A stretch of DNA of 64,000 nt from a virus. Every line of letters starts with the position of its first letter. Positions within the stretch are counted from its first letter, which is position 1. The stretch lies in UHGV virus genome UHGV-0248979; one strand, given 5' to 3'. Under the pieces are notes generated by a model that worked only from the letters and a program-made list of their open reading frames with translations, had not been told where the DNA came from and made no database searches. The position numbers and the translations under genes are program-made. Of the stretch, positions 1 through 9,725 are shown piece by piece.

Positions 1-35
1 CGCTTAAAAAAAAGAAAAAAAAATAAGAAAGTTAA

Positions 36-57
36 CCTACCTCCGAAGGGAGGTAGG
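36..57. terminator. GC-rich hairpin (CCTACCTCC-GAAG-GGAGGTAGG) flanked by A-run upstream and T-run downstream; terminator-like
   Basis: Perfect 9-bp stem with GAAG tetraloop; poly-A at 6-27 and T-rich at 61-72. Confidence 0.5.
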
Positions 58-66
58 TGCTTTTAT

Positions 67-900
67 TTATTTCGCCAAGTCTGCTTCTTTTACAAAGATG
101 CCGTCGGCGTTCAGGTAACCTTTACGGTCTTTGATTTCATGCCAGGCTAAAGAGAAGCAATGGCGAATATCCAATTTATAATACAAGGCGATACGAGCAA
201 GATGGGCTAAACCCAGGCTAACGAAATCGAAACCATGATCTTTACCTTCCATAAAGGTTGTGGCAAAACTTTCAATAGCGTGAAGGTATTGTTGATGTGG
301 GTATCCAGCGTTGTTTAAATTTTCTTCAACTTCAGCTACATCTTCCACGTCTAAGCGTAGACCAGACTCGATGCAGTCTTCTGCCACTGTAAGGTAACCA
401 GAATTCGCATCCCCTAATTCGATGATGTTTACCAGAACCACCAACGCATCGCCGATACCATCCATGATCATTTCAGGTTTGTTTTTACTGATGCCCGCCG
501 CAATTTCACCTAACTCTTCAAAGAACTTCGTGATTTGGGTTTCCAGTTTGCCGTTATCGAGAATCCCACGTTCTTTAGACCAACCTTTAACGAGTTTTAC
601 ACATTTTGCGATCGTGCAAACTAGAACAGATTCTGTATGCATTACCGTACCGTTATAAACGGCATCGGTAAGCTTAATAGGCGCTACAATCGTTTCAATA
701 TCCAGTTCTTGATTACCGGTGTGGCGTTTACCTTCTACACGAATACGGCTGGTACCAGGGTTTACACCAATTGTGTAAATAGCGTCGAACTGTACTGCAT
801 TCTCATTCAGAGCGCGCAGTTGCGCGTTAACTTCTTCCAGGTGTTGGCCAGGATTAACCACGATGTTGTAAATAGTGTTGATGTCAAAACGTTCGCCCAT
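67..900 (-). CDS. MazG-like nucleoside triphosphate pyrophosphohydrolase domain protein (277 aa)
   Basis: Motif FFEELGEIAAG...DGIGDALVVLVNI resembles MazG/dCTPase EExxE...D metal-binding helices; start moved to ATG at 898-900 with GGAG 7 nt upstream. Confidence 0.5.
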   Translation of the reverse strand: MGERFDINTIYNIVVNPGQHLEEVNAQLRALNENAVQFDAIYTIGVNPGTSRIRVEGKRHTGNQELDIETIVAPIKLTDAVYNGTVMHTESVLVCTIAKCVKLVKGWSKERGILDNGKLETQITKFFEELGEIAAGISKNKPEMIMDGIGDALVVLVNIIELGDANSGYLTVAEDCIESGLRLDVEDVAEVEENLNNAGYPHQQYLHAIESFATTFMEGKDHGFDFVSLGLAHLARIALYYKLDIRHCFSLAWHEIKDRKGYLNADGIFVKEADLAK

Positions 901-969
901 TTTAAACTCCATTAGATTAAACAAAAAAGAATAAGGATTAGGGGTGCTACATAAGCACCCCGTGAACTG

Positions 970-1113
970 TTAAATTTTGCAAGCCCCGCCTGAGCAGTTA
1001 TCGTCTTCCGTAGTTGGGTCAGCACCCTTCTCTACGGTTGCTTCTGGGTCTAAGCCAGGGATTGCAAATTCGTCAGTTTCTTTAACGGTTTCTACTTTAA
1101 CTTCTTCAGTCAT
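970..1113 (-). CDS. small acidic hypothetical protein (47 aa, ends CSGGACKI), not in ORF track
   Basis: Manual translation of minus strand fills the gap between flanking genes; weak RBS. Confidence 0.25.
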   Translation of the reverse strand: MTEEVKVETVKETDEFAIPGLDPEATVEKGADPTTEDDNCSGGACKI

Positions 1114-1155
1114 TTTAGTTCCCAAATTTCTTACAAAGGTGTTAGCAGTTTTGAT

Positions 1156-1338
1156 TTAACGATGGCGAATGTGAGACAGAAGCAGGCCCATCCGTAATGG
1201 AACTGTCGCTGTCATTGCCTTTTTATACTGCACAGTGCGTACTTTCGATTTACCAGGTCCCTTACGTACGCGGTTGTAGCCAATAAAATATAGAGTACCT
1301 GTAAAGAATCTGAGGTTATGAAAATATGGCTTCTTCAT
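1156..1338 (-). CDS. small basic hypothetical protein (60 aa)
   Basis: ORF with strong SD AAGGAGGA upstream of ATG; start overlaps upstream gene stop (ATGA). Confidence 0.5.
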   Translation of the reverse strand: MKKPYFHNLRFFTGTLYFIGYNRVRKGPGKSKVRTVQYKKAMTATVPLRMGLLLSHIRHR

Positions 1339-1508
1339 TGTTCCTCCTTCTCGAATGGGTTAGCTTCAAGGAACTTGGAATAAGAAAATTGAATTACTTG
1401 GAAACGTTTACGTCCTTTACGTGGCCCTTTGCACCAACGTGTAACAATGGTACGGAACTTCTTCGGCTCGAAATACGTTATCGTGAAATTAAGAACATCG
1501 TCCAACAT
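1335..1508 (-). CDS. small basic hypothetical protein (57 aa), not in ORF track
   Basis: Manual translation; TGA stop overlaps ATG of the 1156-1338 gene (ATGA coupling); SD-like GGGGA upstream. Confidence 0.35.
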   Translation of the reverse strand: MLDDVLNFTITYFEPKKFRTIVTRWCKGPRKGRKRFQVIQFSYSKFLEANPFEKEEQ

Positions 1509-1529
1509 ATCAATTCCCCACAGGTTACC

Positions 1530-1919
1530 TTAATCGGTGTGGATAGTGAGATAATTGCTTTCAAAATCGAAGGTTTCGATTAGTTTTTGCAATTCTTCCA
1601 ACGCGCGCTGTTTCCATTCATCGCGTGGAATGAGCTGATCCAATTCTTCAATATATTGTTTAAAAGCGGTGAGTTGTTCTTTATTGATTGCGAACTCACT
1701 GCTACCGCATACCGTCGTTATATTGAATTCGGATTTAAGTTTGTTAAACGCGTTCCAACAAAACGACAGCCTTTCTGTCCACACCAACTCACCCTGATCA
1801 GATATTTCGCCGTGTATGTCGTCAACATGATCGACAAATTGTTGGTTGTCCCAAGCCTGACGCACGGATTCTTTTACAGCGGATTTTGAGTATGAATAAA
1901 CGTAGATATCGATTGACAT
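1530..1919 (-). CDS. hypothetical protein (129 aa)
   Basis: ORF with SD-like GGGAG upstream. Confidence 0.5.
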   Translation of the reverse strand: MSIDIYVYSYSKSAVKESVRQAWDNQQFVDHVDDIHGEISDQGELVWTERLSFCWNAFNKLKSEFNITTVCGSSEFAINKEQLTAFKQYIEELDQLIPRDEWKQRALEELQKLIETFDFESNYLTIHTD

Positions 1920-2135
1920 AATGAATTTACTCCCTGAGTTAATTTAATCAGTAAGGTCGGATTATAACCTTTTCGAAGTATTTATAAATAAATACCTTCT
2001 TGTTTTGATGTTTTCTTGGACCTTTCTTGATACGAGAGATCAAAATACGATCGATGTAACATTCTTTTATAACACGTCTTCTAGGAATGTAACAGGGAAC
2101 CGCCTCTAATTCTTCCATAGAACTAACCCCACTGA

Positions 2136-2582
2136 TTAACCCATTAAATGTATTACGACGTCTTTAGTTACTGAGTTTGCTAGTAAGCGGAAAAACTTCA
2201 TGTAACGGAAAATGCTAAAGAAAACCCCAGCGTCGTCTACAATAACAAGGCTGTATTTTTCTTTTTCTGTACCCATCTGATAACCGATGATTTGTGTGAT
2301 ATTCTCCGGTAAGTCTTCGAGACCCAAACGGAATAGCACATCGTCCTCTAAGAACCCTTTTGGATTAACGAATAATACCTTCCCTTTATGGTTCTTAGCT
2401 AACTCGACACCGAAGTCTGTAAGTCCTGTCTGCCTGCCCGTACCGTAACGAATAGTTCGAAATTCAGATAAGGCTTTGGGACCATAACGATCGGTAAACG
2501 GATTATCTTTGGAATCCAGATCAGTTAAACCTTTTGATAATTCTTCTACTACGATGTTATAGTTAACATGAGTTTTAGACAT
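2136..2582 (-). CDS. hypothetical protein (148 aa)
   Basis: ORF with SD AAAGGAA upstream. Confidence 0.5.
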   Translation of the reverse strand: MSKTHVNYNIVVEELSKGLTDLDSKDNPFTDRYGPKALSEFRTIRYGTGRQTGLTDFGVELAKNHKGKVLFVNPKGFLEDDVLFRLGLEDLPENITQIIGYQMGTEKEKYSLVIVDDAGVFFSIFRYMKFFRLLANSVTKDVVIHLMG

Positions 2583-2639
2583 TTCAATGTTCCTTTTAGT
2601 TTCGAGGTGGTTCAGATATAGATTGCATGTGAAACAACT

Positions 2640-2936
2640 TTACTGAAAATCACGTTTAGCCTTGCTAATGATTTGAGATATTCGGCTTGGCGTCACCCCG
2701 TGTATTTCGGCCAATTTCTTGTTACTTAGGCCACCCAATTTACCAACAAGAATGTTTAATAGACGCAAGTCTTTTAACGTTGCCGAAATCTTTTCTAAGA
2801 TCTCGATATCGTCTTGATCAAACTTACCTTTGGTCTGCAAAGCTATCCCAGCACGCTCGGTAATAGTTTTTAGCTCAGCTAATCGACTAATGCCGAAAGA
2901 AGTTAACTCCACGTACGATTTCTCATTAATCATCAT
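2640..2936 (-). CDS. small helix-turn-helix protein, sigma-70 region-4-like (98 aa); possible transcription regulator
   Basis: C-terminal LSNKKLAEIHGVTPSRISQIISKAKRDF resembles sigma region 4.2 / HTH. Confidence 0.4.
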   Translation of the reverse strand: MMINEKSYVELTSFGISRLAELKTITERAGIALQTKGKFDQDDIEILEKISATLKDLRLLNILVGKLGGLSNKKLAEIHGVTPSRISQIISKAKRDFQ

Positions 2937-2943
2937 GTACCCC

Positions 2944-3978
2944 TTAGACAGCTATGGGAGCTTTAATTGTGTCGTGTGATTGATACCCAACCAATTCGAA
3001 GTCTTCGTATTTGTAATCGAAGATAGAATCAGGTTTACGTTTGATAACCAGTTTAGGTAGCGGGTAAGGTTCGCGAGTAAGTTGAAGTTTTGCCTGCTCC
3101 AGATGGTTAGAGTAAAGATGAACGTCTACACCACTATAAACCAACTCGTCTGGAACCATATTCAACTGCTGTGCAATCATGTGGGTTAGCAACGCGTACG
3201 AAGCGACGTTAAACGGCGCGCCAAGTAGGTAATCGTTGCTCCGCATCATGTAAAAACATGAAAGCTTACGGCGTGGAATACCTTCACGATCTAAAGTTTC
3301 ATGAAGACGTTCTTCATCATCAATATCTTCGTGATTAATAAGCGGTGCGCTCGCAAATTTTTCCGGCTCGTTTATTTCGTACCAATCCAGTCGCTCAAGC
3401 AGTGTCATTTCTGTAGTGTAGAATTGGAAATAGTTGTGGCATGGGTTAAGTGCCATATCGTCCAGGTCACCTACATTCCAGGCACTAACAATAATACGAC
3501 GGGAGTCAGGGTCTTCACGAAGTTGTTGGATAACTTTACTGATCTGGTCATGTGCTTTCTCATAGACCAAATACGTCGTACCATCTTCCTTCATATTCCC
3601 AATATACTTGTAACCCCGCTGCATTAGTTGTTGTGTACGTCTTACGTCATGACACTCCACAACTTTACAGTCACGCCATTCGCGCCACTGTTTACCATAA
3701 ACTGGTCCTAAGTTCCCCTCCTCGTCACTCCATTCGTTCCAAATTTTTACCCCGTTCTCTTGCAGGTACTTCACGTTAGTGTCACCATTTAAGAACCACA
3801 GCAGTTCATGAATGATACTTTTCAGGTGAACCTTTTTCGTAGTAACTAATGGGAAACCTTCTTTTAGGTCGAAACGTAGTTGGCGACCAAATACAGAAAG
3901 TGTCCCTACGCCTGTACGGTCTTTCTTGACAACACCGTTATCTAGAATGTCTTGCATTAACGCTAAATACTGTTTCAT
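2944..3978 (-). CDS. thyA: thymidylate synthase family protein (344 aa) with large insertions
   Basis: Hallmark motifs [45 protein letters not shown] (catalytic Cys), [10 protein letters not shown]; SD GGAGA upstream. Confidence 0.85.
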   Translation of the reverse strand: MKQYLALMQDILDNGVVKKDRTGVGTLSVFGRQLRFDLKEGFPLVTTKKVHLKSIIHELLWFLNGDTNVKYLQENGVKIWNEWSDEEGNLGPVYGKQWREWRDCKVVECHDVRRTQQLMQRGYKYIGNMKEDGTTYLVYEKAHDQISKVIQQLREDPDSRRIIVSAWNVGDLDDMALNPCHNYFQFYTTEMTLLERLDWYEINEPEKFASAPLINHEDIDDEERLHETLDREGIPRRKLSCFYMMRSNDYLLGAPFNVASYALLTHMIAQQLNMVPDELVYSGVDVHLYSNHLEQAKLQLTREPYPLPKLVIKRKPDSIFDYKYEDFELVGYQSHDTIKAPIAV

Positions 3979-4292
3979 TTGTTATTCTCCATACGTTTCG
4001 TTAAAATGTCTAAATTACGTTGCGCTTGCTCAGGACTAAAAATAATGTTTTCCTGGCTATACGTTACATGGAAATGTTTTTTGTTAACAATCTCAACCTT
4101 AAGGCCACGAACTTCGAATTGCCGTTTAGCCTCTTCAACCTTTTTTGGTGAGATTCTAAGAAGACCTGGAAATAGTTCGTCTGCAGGAACGTAGTATTTG
4201 ATTTCCTTAGTTTCGGGAATTAATTCGATCCTATCTAAACTGACGCTTATGATTTCGTCAATCTTTTTCTTTATATTGTCGTTCACAGTCAT
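3975..4292 (-). CDS. hypothetical protein (105 aa)
   Basis: ORF; start/stop overlap with neighbours. Confidence 0.5.
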   Translation of the reverse strand: MTVNDNIKKKIDEIISVSLDRIELIPETKEIKYYVPADELFPGLLRISPKKVEEAKRQFEVRGLKVEIVNKKHFHVTYSQENIIFSPEQAQRNLDILTKRMENNK

Positions 4293-4600
4293 CAGATTTT
4301 GTCCTTTTCGAGTTCAGTTAAAATTTCAAACAGGTCTGCGTTGGACTGCAGTACGATTTCACTGCCTTCTGCTACAACAGTAATTAAAGGCTTCTTACCA
4401 CGTAGCAAGAACTCCCAACGCATTGTTCTTACGTGGCTGTCGAGTAACTGTTTTAATTTGTGGTTAACTTCAACTTCCAATTTGCCCAGTAACTGTGGTG
4501 TAATGCTTTCACCTGAGTTTTTGTTATAAAGTGTACGCACTAAAGAACGTAAAGAATAGCCAATGCACTGCGAAATTGCCCAACCCGAATAGTTTTCCAT
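4292..4600 (-). CDS. hypothetical protein (102 aa)
   Basis: ORF in operon-like array. Confidence 0.5.
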   Translation of the reverse strand: MENYSGWAISQCIGYSLRSLVRTLYNKNSGESITPQLLGKLEVEVNHKLKQLLDSHVRTMRWEFLLRGKKPLITVVAEGSEIVLQSNADLFEILTELEKDKI

Positions 4601-4601
4601 G

Positions 4602-5147
4602 TTAATCCTTCAAAATGTCTTTAAGTTTTAGTTTTGTATAGAACGGAGAACTACTTAGTTCTTCTGTCCAACTTATACGTCCGTTCTGTAGAACCCGGTC
4701 GAAGATTAGGCCGTTCATCTTTATAATTCTGGCCAATTGATAAAAGAGCGTCGCGAGATGTAGACGTCGCTCCATTTGTGCGCGAGCGGTACAACTTCGT
4801 ACCGCTTTGATAGCAAGTACCGCTTCTGGCATCAACGTAACCGCGATTGACTCAGAATGTTCGTTTTTCCATTTCTTAATGGCTAGTAGTCGGTGTAGTG
4901 ATTTTTCAAGGGGACGTAAATCCCCGTTATTCATCACGTAAACTAGAGCAGCAATATCCCACAAGGCGTTACCCACCGCTTTAGCAACAAACAACCCGTC
5001 GTGTGATGTCGTGGATTCACAGACTTTGCCAATACTTCCATAAACACGTGCAGTCCATGCGTCTGTCTGTTCGCCGGGTTTTATACCCGCGTTATCCAGA
5101 AAGTGTTTAAACGCATTAACGTGATCAGTTAACTGTATTTGTTTCAT
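4602..5147 (-). CDS. hypothetical protein (181 aa)
   Basis: ORF. Confidence 0.5.
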   Translation of the reverse strand: MKQIQLTDHVNAFKHFLDNAGIKPGEQTDAWTARVYGSIGKVCESTTSHDGLFVAKAVGNALWDIAALVYVMNNGDLRPLEKSLHRLLAIKKWKNEHSESIAVTLMPEAVLAIKAVRSCTARAQMERRLHLATLFYQLARIIKMNGLIFDRVLQNGRISWTEELSSSPFYTKLKLKDILKD

Positions 5148-5161
5148 TTCCGATACCCGAT

Positions 5162-5626
5162 TTAGTCACGAGACTTTATTTTAAGGTACGCAACCGCAGC
5201 TCCCACGATTGCAATACCGGCGCCCCAACCTATCTTTTCTATTACACTCATATCGTCCCATCTTTTCTCTTCGTTACGTCGTTTGGCCTCGTCTGCCCGT
5301 TCTCTCCACATCGCTTCGCGTTCCAGACAGCTGGGATTTATTTCCTCTTCACAACGACGTTTCCGCTCTTCTTCCCTAACCAGTTCTTCTAAATAGAGCC
5401 TCGTTTCTTCCACAGCTTGTTCATAGACGTCTATGCGTTCGGGAAGAATTCTCCTGTGAGCGGCTTTGTTGCGAACGGAAGCAATCATGTGGAGTTTCCG
5501 TTCGTATTTTGGTTCGAGAAGATGAGCTATGCTTTTGGTCTTCCCATGAAGCCCATGACCGGTACCGCCGAGTTTTTCCACAAGTTCTTCTACAGAAATT
5601 GCAAGATCGAGAATATATCCACGCAT
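5162..5626 (-). CDS. HEPN-like protein with C-terminal transmembrane helix (154 aa)
   Basis: R-x4-H motif (SVRNKAAHRR), charged coiled region, then hydrophobic IGWGAGIAIVGAAVAYL; start moved to ATG at 5624-5626 with SD GGAGA. Confidence 0.35.
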   Translation of the reverse strand: MRGYILDLAISVEELVEKLGGTGHGLHGKTKSIAHLLEPKYERKLHMIASVRNKAAHRRILPERIDVYEQAVEETRLYLEELVREEERKRRCEEEINPSCLEREAMWRERADEAKRRNEEKRWDDMSVIEKIGWGAGIAIVGAAVAYLKIKSRD

Positions 5627-5686
5627 AATTGTTTCTCCGCTTAAACGCAGTCTTGGGAGACATAAGTCTGTTCCCAACTGTAAAAA

Positions 5687-6055
5687 TCATTTCAACAAAA
5701 CAAGATGAATTTGGTATTCGTCATCAGCAGGAGAAGAATAATCGCCAGCTTCAGGTAACGTTATATCTCCCAGTAGAGCGTGGAAGGGTAATCCACGAGC
5801 AGCCTCAACTATTCGTACAAGCGGAAAACCTGTTCTTTTAATCCAATTGTAATCAACAAACATAACACCACCAGGACTTCCCGAACCTTCCCACACACGA
5901 ATTTCCACAGTCTTTCCCGAAAAGTTGGCAAGTACGGTGCGTAGTCCTAATCGCACATAACTGGGAAAGGGTACTTCAATAACTTGTTTTGGTAAAACAA
6001 ATTCAGGGAATTTAAAACCGAAACCTTTGGGTGTACTAAAAAACTGAGCTTGCAT
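5687..6055 (-). CDS. hypothetical protein (122 aa)
   Basis: ORF with SD AAGGAGA. Confidence 0.55.
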   Translation of the reverse strand: MQAQFFSTPKGFGFKFPEFVLPKQVIEVPFPSYVRLGLRTVLANFSGKTVEIRVWEGSGSPGGVMFVDYNWIKRTGFPLVRIVEAARGLPFHALLGDITLPEAGDYSSPADDEYQIHLVLLK

Positions 6056-6087
6056 GATAATTCTCCTTTAGGGTAAAAAATGAAAAT

Positions 6088-6113
6088 ACCCTACTCCTGT
6101 CTAGGAGTAGGGT
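6088..6113 (-). terminator. intergenic hairpin CCCTACTCC...GGAGTAGGG (hairpin family member)
   Basis: 9-bp stem; A-rich on plus strand upstream = U-run for minus transcript. Confidence 0.45.
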
Positions 6114-6118
6114 AGGTA

Positions 6119-6778
6119 TTACATACGGGTAACTGAATCCCAGTAATCGCGAAGATATTCTTGATCTTCAGGATCTTTCGGTGTAGCCGGAATGTGGCCG
6201 TCAAACTCAAACGGAATTACAGACAGAACATCCGCAATCTCGTAACGCTCGACTTCCAGTTCAACTTTCACCCAGTCACCGACGCTGGTACTACTACGCA
6301 TCTCGGTGAGGAGATCGTTAAAGTCAGCCGAAACTTCAATTGCAGGGTGTCCGGTGGTGATAGTGAAAATATCAATATCCCAATGCTTAGCGCCTTTATC
6401 GGCTAATTCACCCGGTTCTAAGTGGATACGTTTCACCAGGTGAGCCAAATAACCGTCCTTGTAAAAAGAGAGTGCAGAACTAATACCGATATCCGAATTC
6501 TCTTCAACCTTTCCGTCCAGGAATTTACGCTTAAGCGTTAGCTGTGCTGTACCGTCTTCTTTAATACGGATACGACGACGCCCACCTTCTATCGGCATGA
6601 GAATGTCCATGAACATCTTAGTGGACTGTGCGTGTAGCCAATCCCATCCCGCTTGCGTGGGTTTTACCCAAACGCAATATTCCTTTTCCACTTCACGTTT
6701 AATGGATTCGCCTGCAACGCGAATAACTTCTTCTTCCTGCGCTTTTTCCAATTGCGCAAGGGTATCGAATAATCCCAT
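6119..6778 (-). CDS. hypothetical protein (219 aa)
   Basis: ORF; start overlaps upstream stop (TAATG). Confidence 0.5.
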   Translation of the reverse strand: MGLFDTLAQLEKAQEEEVIRVAGESIKREVEKEYCVWVKPTQAGWDWLHAQSTKMFMDILMPIEGGRRRIRIKEDGTAQLTLKRKFLDGKVEENSDIGISSALSFYKDGYLAHLVKRIHLEPGELADKGAKHWDIDIFTITTGHPAIEVSADFNDLLTEMRSSTSVGDWVKVELEVERYEIADVLSVIPFEFDGHIPATPKDPEDQEYLRDYWDSVTRM

Positions 6779-7620
6779 TAGATTAATCCCATACTTTCAC
6801 TGACGCTCGTAATGTCGAACGTTGTGTCGTTAAAGTCGATGTTTTCTACAATAGAAACCACCAGATTAGGAAGCCATTCTGAATGGGGTGGTGTAATAAC
6901 CCGGCCGTTCATAACGTAGTAATGCAAGAACGGTAGTCCCATCGAATGGCAGTACGATAACACATTACCTAAGCAACTCCCGTCAAACTTCAAGAGTCGG
7001 AGCTTACGCAGCAATGCGTTTTGAAATGCACCGTTCGCGTAATTGCTAAACTCGCCAGGTCGATAATCCGTGCCCCCGTAGATACTCGCCTTTAATCGCC
7101 GACCGCGTTGTATACATTCAGCCCCAGTCAGGGTTCGTAATAAACGAATGTCTGGATATTCAGTTTCCAAACGACCCAAAGCGTTTATTCCGTAGCCCTT
7201 GTAGAACAGATAGTCTACGATCCTTAAATAATGATAGTAACCTTCCAACGTTAAAAACTGACCGTGAATTGTGTCGAATTTAGCACCGTTAGGTTGCGCG
7301 TAGAAGTTACTGATCATTTTCCCTACGGTAGTGCGACCGTTAGAGTAAAGATTAAGATGGTTGATACCGTCGGTAAAAGGGAGTTTTTCGGGTAACGCAC
7401 AAACGTAGCCTAAACGACGAAGGTATAGGACATAAACAAAGCGCTCATCAGGAGTAAGCACAATGTTCGACGCGCTAACGTATGTATTAGGATTATTTCG
7501 GCCAGGCTGATAACCCAGCGTTAAAGCCAATGCTTGATTGTCTTCGCTCTGACTTTTGATCTTCTTTAATACGGAACGCAGTAATTGTGGTTCGGTCATA
7601 ACCGGCCTCTTAAATTGCAA
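6778..7620 (-). CDS. hypothetical protein (280 aa)
   Basis: ORF. Confidence 0.5.
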   Translation of the reverse strand: MQFKRPVMTEPQLLRSVLKKIKSQSEDNQALALTLGYQPGRNNPNTYVSASNIVLTPDERFVYVLYLRRLGYVCALPEKLPFTDGINHLNLYSNGRTTVGKMISNFYAQPNGAKFDTIHGQFLTLEGYYHYLRIVDYLFYKGYGINALGRLETEYPDIRLLRTLTGAECIQRGRRLKASIYGGTDYRPGEFSNYANGAFQNALLRKLRLLKFDGSCLGNVLSYCHSMGLPFLHYYVMNGRVITPPHSEWLPNLVVSIVENIDFNDTTFDITSVSESMGLI

Positions 7621-8884
7621 AATAGTCTTCCACGATTTTATCGGTAGACTGGTAACTTACACTGCCTGCAGCAATCACGTAATTACGTTTCTCAGTGGTC
7701 AGTAGTGCCTGAATCGCATTTACGCCCGCGTAGGTGTAAAGTTTAAGTTCAGTCATCTCCGGCGTGATGTTCTTCGCTTTGTCCCACTTTGCATCTAATC
7801 CTTTAAATAGCGTTAATAGGCGAGTACCATACGTTTTGAAACTGACACCAGGTTCAACCCGAAGGTTAGCCATGAGGTTTTGGATAACGGTGGTTGCGAT
7901 CTGGGTTCCTTGTCCTGGTTGGAGTTTATCCAGATAGTATTCCGTTGAATCCAGATTACCTGTCGCTGCCGCCTGAATCATCAACTCGCCGTACAGTACC
8001 TCTTTTGCTTGTGTGTCGGTAATCGCTTGAAGCATCGGTTCGATTTTAGCCGGTAAACCATAACTGTTCAGTTTGGTAGATAGGCCATAAATCAGTGCTG
8101 AAGAGGTATTAATGTCTAACGTGGAGAAACTGTCGCTGCCTTTAAAGCTGTTAATCAGGTTATCGATGGCTAAGAAGTCGTCTAAGTCTTTGTAGCTGTC
8201 GAAAGTATGTTGTACGTCATCAACGATCGAGGTGATTTGATAACGCATACTGTTGACTTCGGACATAAACCCGTTGACTTCTTGACTAACTTCCGAGGGG
8301 AGTTTAGCCAATTGCCCAGCAATGTTCATCGTCCCTTCGAGACGTTTTTTCACCGAGTTAAAGTCAGTACCGATACCGGATAAAACGGAGTCGGTTAAGC
8401 TGCCGATACTATCCCACCCTTTACCTAACAGCTTCCCCATCCCACCTGGACTTAGGTAGTCTAGTGCTTTTAGGCCATCTTCATCCTTTTTCTTAAAGGG
8501 TTCAGAAACGTCACGCTTTTGTGGGTCGAGGACAGGAAGCGTTTCTTTGGTATTAGATGCAAAACCGGGAACCTTTTGTCCTGGCGACACCCCGGAGGCT
8601 GAACTCCCCGCAGTCTTAGTTCCCCCAACACTGGCGGTATCGCTACCGCCAAAAAGGTTACCAATTTTACTGGTCAGCTCGTTGCCGCCGCTAATGAGTT
8701 TGTTGAAAGTTTCACCAGCGCGGTCTGATAGTCGGCTGACGCTATCGACCGTGTTCTTAATACCACGCTCCGCATTTTCCACTGTTGTTTGTACGCGGTT
8801 TGTGGCGCTCTTTGCCGTATTAACGGAATTATCGATTGCCGACTGACCTTTATTTATCTGACTGGTTATTTGGTCGATTTTCAT
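7610..8884 (-). CDS. hypothetical Ser/Thr/Gly-rich protein (424 aa)
   Basis: ORF; start moved to ATG with SD GGAGA. Confidence 0.5.
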   Translation of the reverse strand: MKIDQITSQINKGQSAIDNSVNTAKSATNRVQTTVENAERGIKNTVDSVSRLSDRAGETFNKLISGGNELTSKIGNLFGGSDTASVGGTKTAGSSASGVSPGQKVPGFASNTKETLPVLDPQKRDVSEPFKKKDEDGLKALDYLSPGGMGKLLGKGWDSIGSLTDSVLSGIGTDFNSVKKRLEGTMNIAGQLAKLPSEVSQEVNGFMSEVNSMRYQITSIVDDVQHTFDSYKDLDDFLAIDNLINSFKGSDSFSTLDINTSSALIYGLSTKLNSYGLPAKIEPMLQAITDTQAKEVLYGELMIQAAATGNLDSTEYYLDKLQPGQGTQIATTVIQNLMANLRVEPGVSFKTYGTRLLTLFKGLDAKWDKAKNITPEMTELKLYTYAGVNAIQALLTTEKRNYVIAAGSVSYQSTDKIVEDYFAI

Positions 8885-9695
8885 TCTGGTCTCCAATTTG
8901 GTATTCGTCAAGGTTTACCGTGACCTGAACTTCGTAGATCTTATTGTCTTTCTGACGCCTTAAGGTCAAAAGGATTTCGAAACTACGAACATCAATTGCC
9001 TTGAGTACCCTCATAAACCATTTCCAGGAAAACTTCTTTTTTAACCTTAGATTGTGCTGCATATTGTGCCGCAAATCATTTCGTTTCGACGGCGTCTGCT
9101 CACAGTTAGCGGGATCGTTAACGAAGTTTGTGGAAAGACGGTACCACCAATCCGCATTCATTTTCATGTTTGCGAAGATAGTCCAAGTTAACCGAGATAA
9201 CGGATGTACCATCATCTTTGCGGTCTCACCACAGTTCTGGAAATAACGGTTCAGTTGCGCCGTTGCAGACTCCTTAGGTCGTTCGTCGTTATCTTCGAAC
9301 AAATCCCGAGCGAGATCTTCACGCACGCGTGTGGTAACTTCAGATACGGTTTTTGTTTTGAAGTGTCCTCGGTAAGTGGTTACACAAATCCGCAGTGTTT
9401 CCACTCCGGTAATCACCAACCCTTCTGTAAAACCTCGCCAGGTAAGATCGACAGGTAGTGCAGGGATGTTACCTGAACTCAGCTTCGTGGAGATACGTTG
9501 TATTCGATCGTCCATCGTTGCTTTTGAACGTGTTTTAAATTCTGGAGACAGAATATGTTTGGCGACGGCGAGTTTGTAATCCGAAGGCTTCCATCCGATC
9601 AATTCTTTATAATTCCAATAAAGCGTTTGAAGTGGTCCGCCAGCACGTTCGTCTTCAGCGTCCACGACCACACTTACTTTTTTGCTATCCATCAC
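8850..9695 (-). CDS. hypothetical protein (281 aa)
   Basis: ORF. Confidence 0.5.
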   Translation of the reverse strand: MMDSKKVSVVVDAEDERAGGPLQTLYWNYKELIGWKPSDYKLAVAKHILSPEFKTRSKATMDDRIQRISTKLSSGNIPALPVDLTWRGFTEGLVITGVETLRICVTTYRGHFKTKTVSEVTTRVREDLARDLFEDNDERPKESATAQLNRYFQNCGETAKMMVHPLSRLTWTIFANMKMNADWWYRLSTNFVNDPANCEQTPSKRNDLRHNMQHNLRLKKKFSWKWFMRVLKAIDVRSFEILLTLRRQKDNKIYEVQVTVNLDEYQIGDQNENRPNNQSDK

Positions 9696-9725
9696 ATCAC
9701 CTTGTTACAAGGGGTTACTGGTTTG

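Noticed and set aside
977-1583. Plus-strand ORFs 977-1159 and 1326-1583 listed in the ORF track
   Set aside because: Antisense to better-supported minus-strand small genes with SD sequences and ATGA stop/start coupling.
1981-1990. TATAAATA octamer resembling a T4-type late promoter
   Set aside because: Single occurrence noticed, no plus-strand gene downstream, and it lies within a possible small minus-strand ORF; insufficient to call.
2640-2936. Calling the 98-aa HTH protein a complete sigma factor
   Set aside because: Too short to contain sigma region 2; only region-4-like HTH similarity, so described as a regulator.
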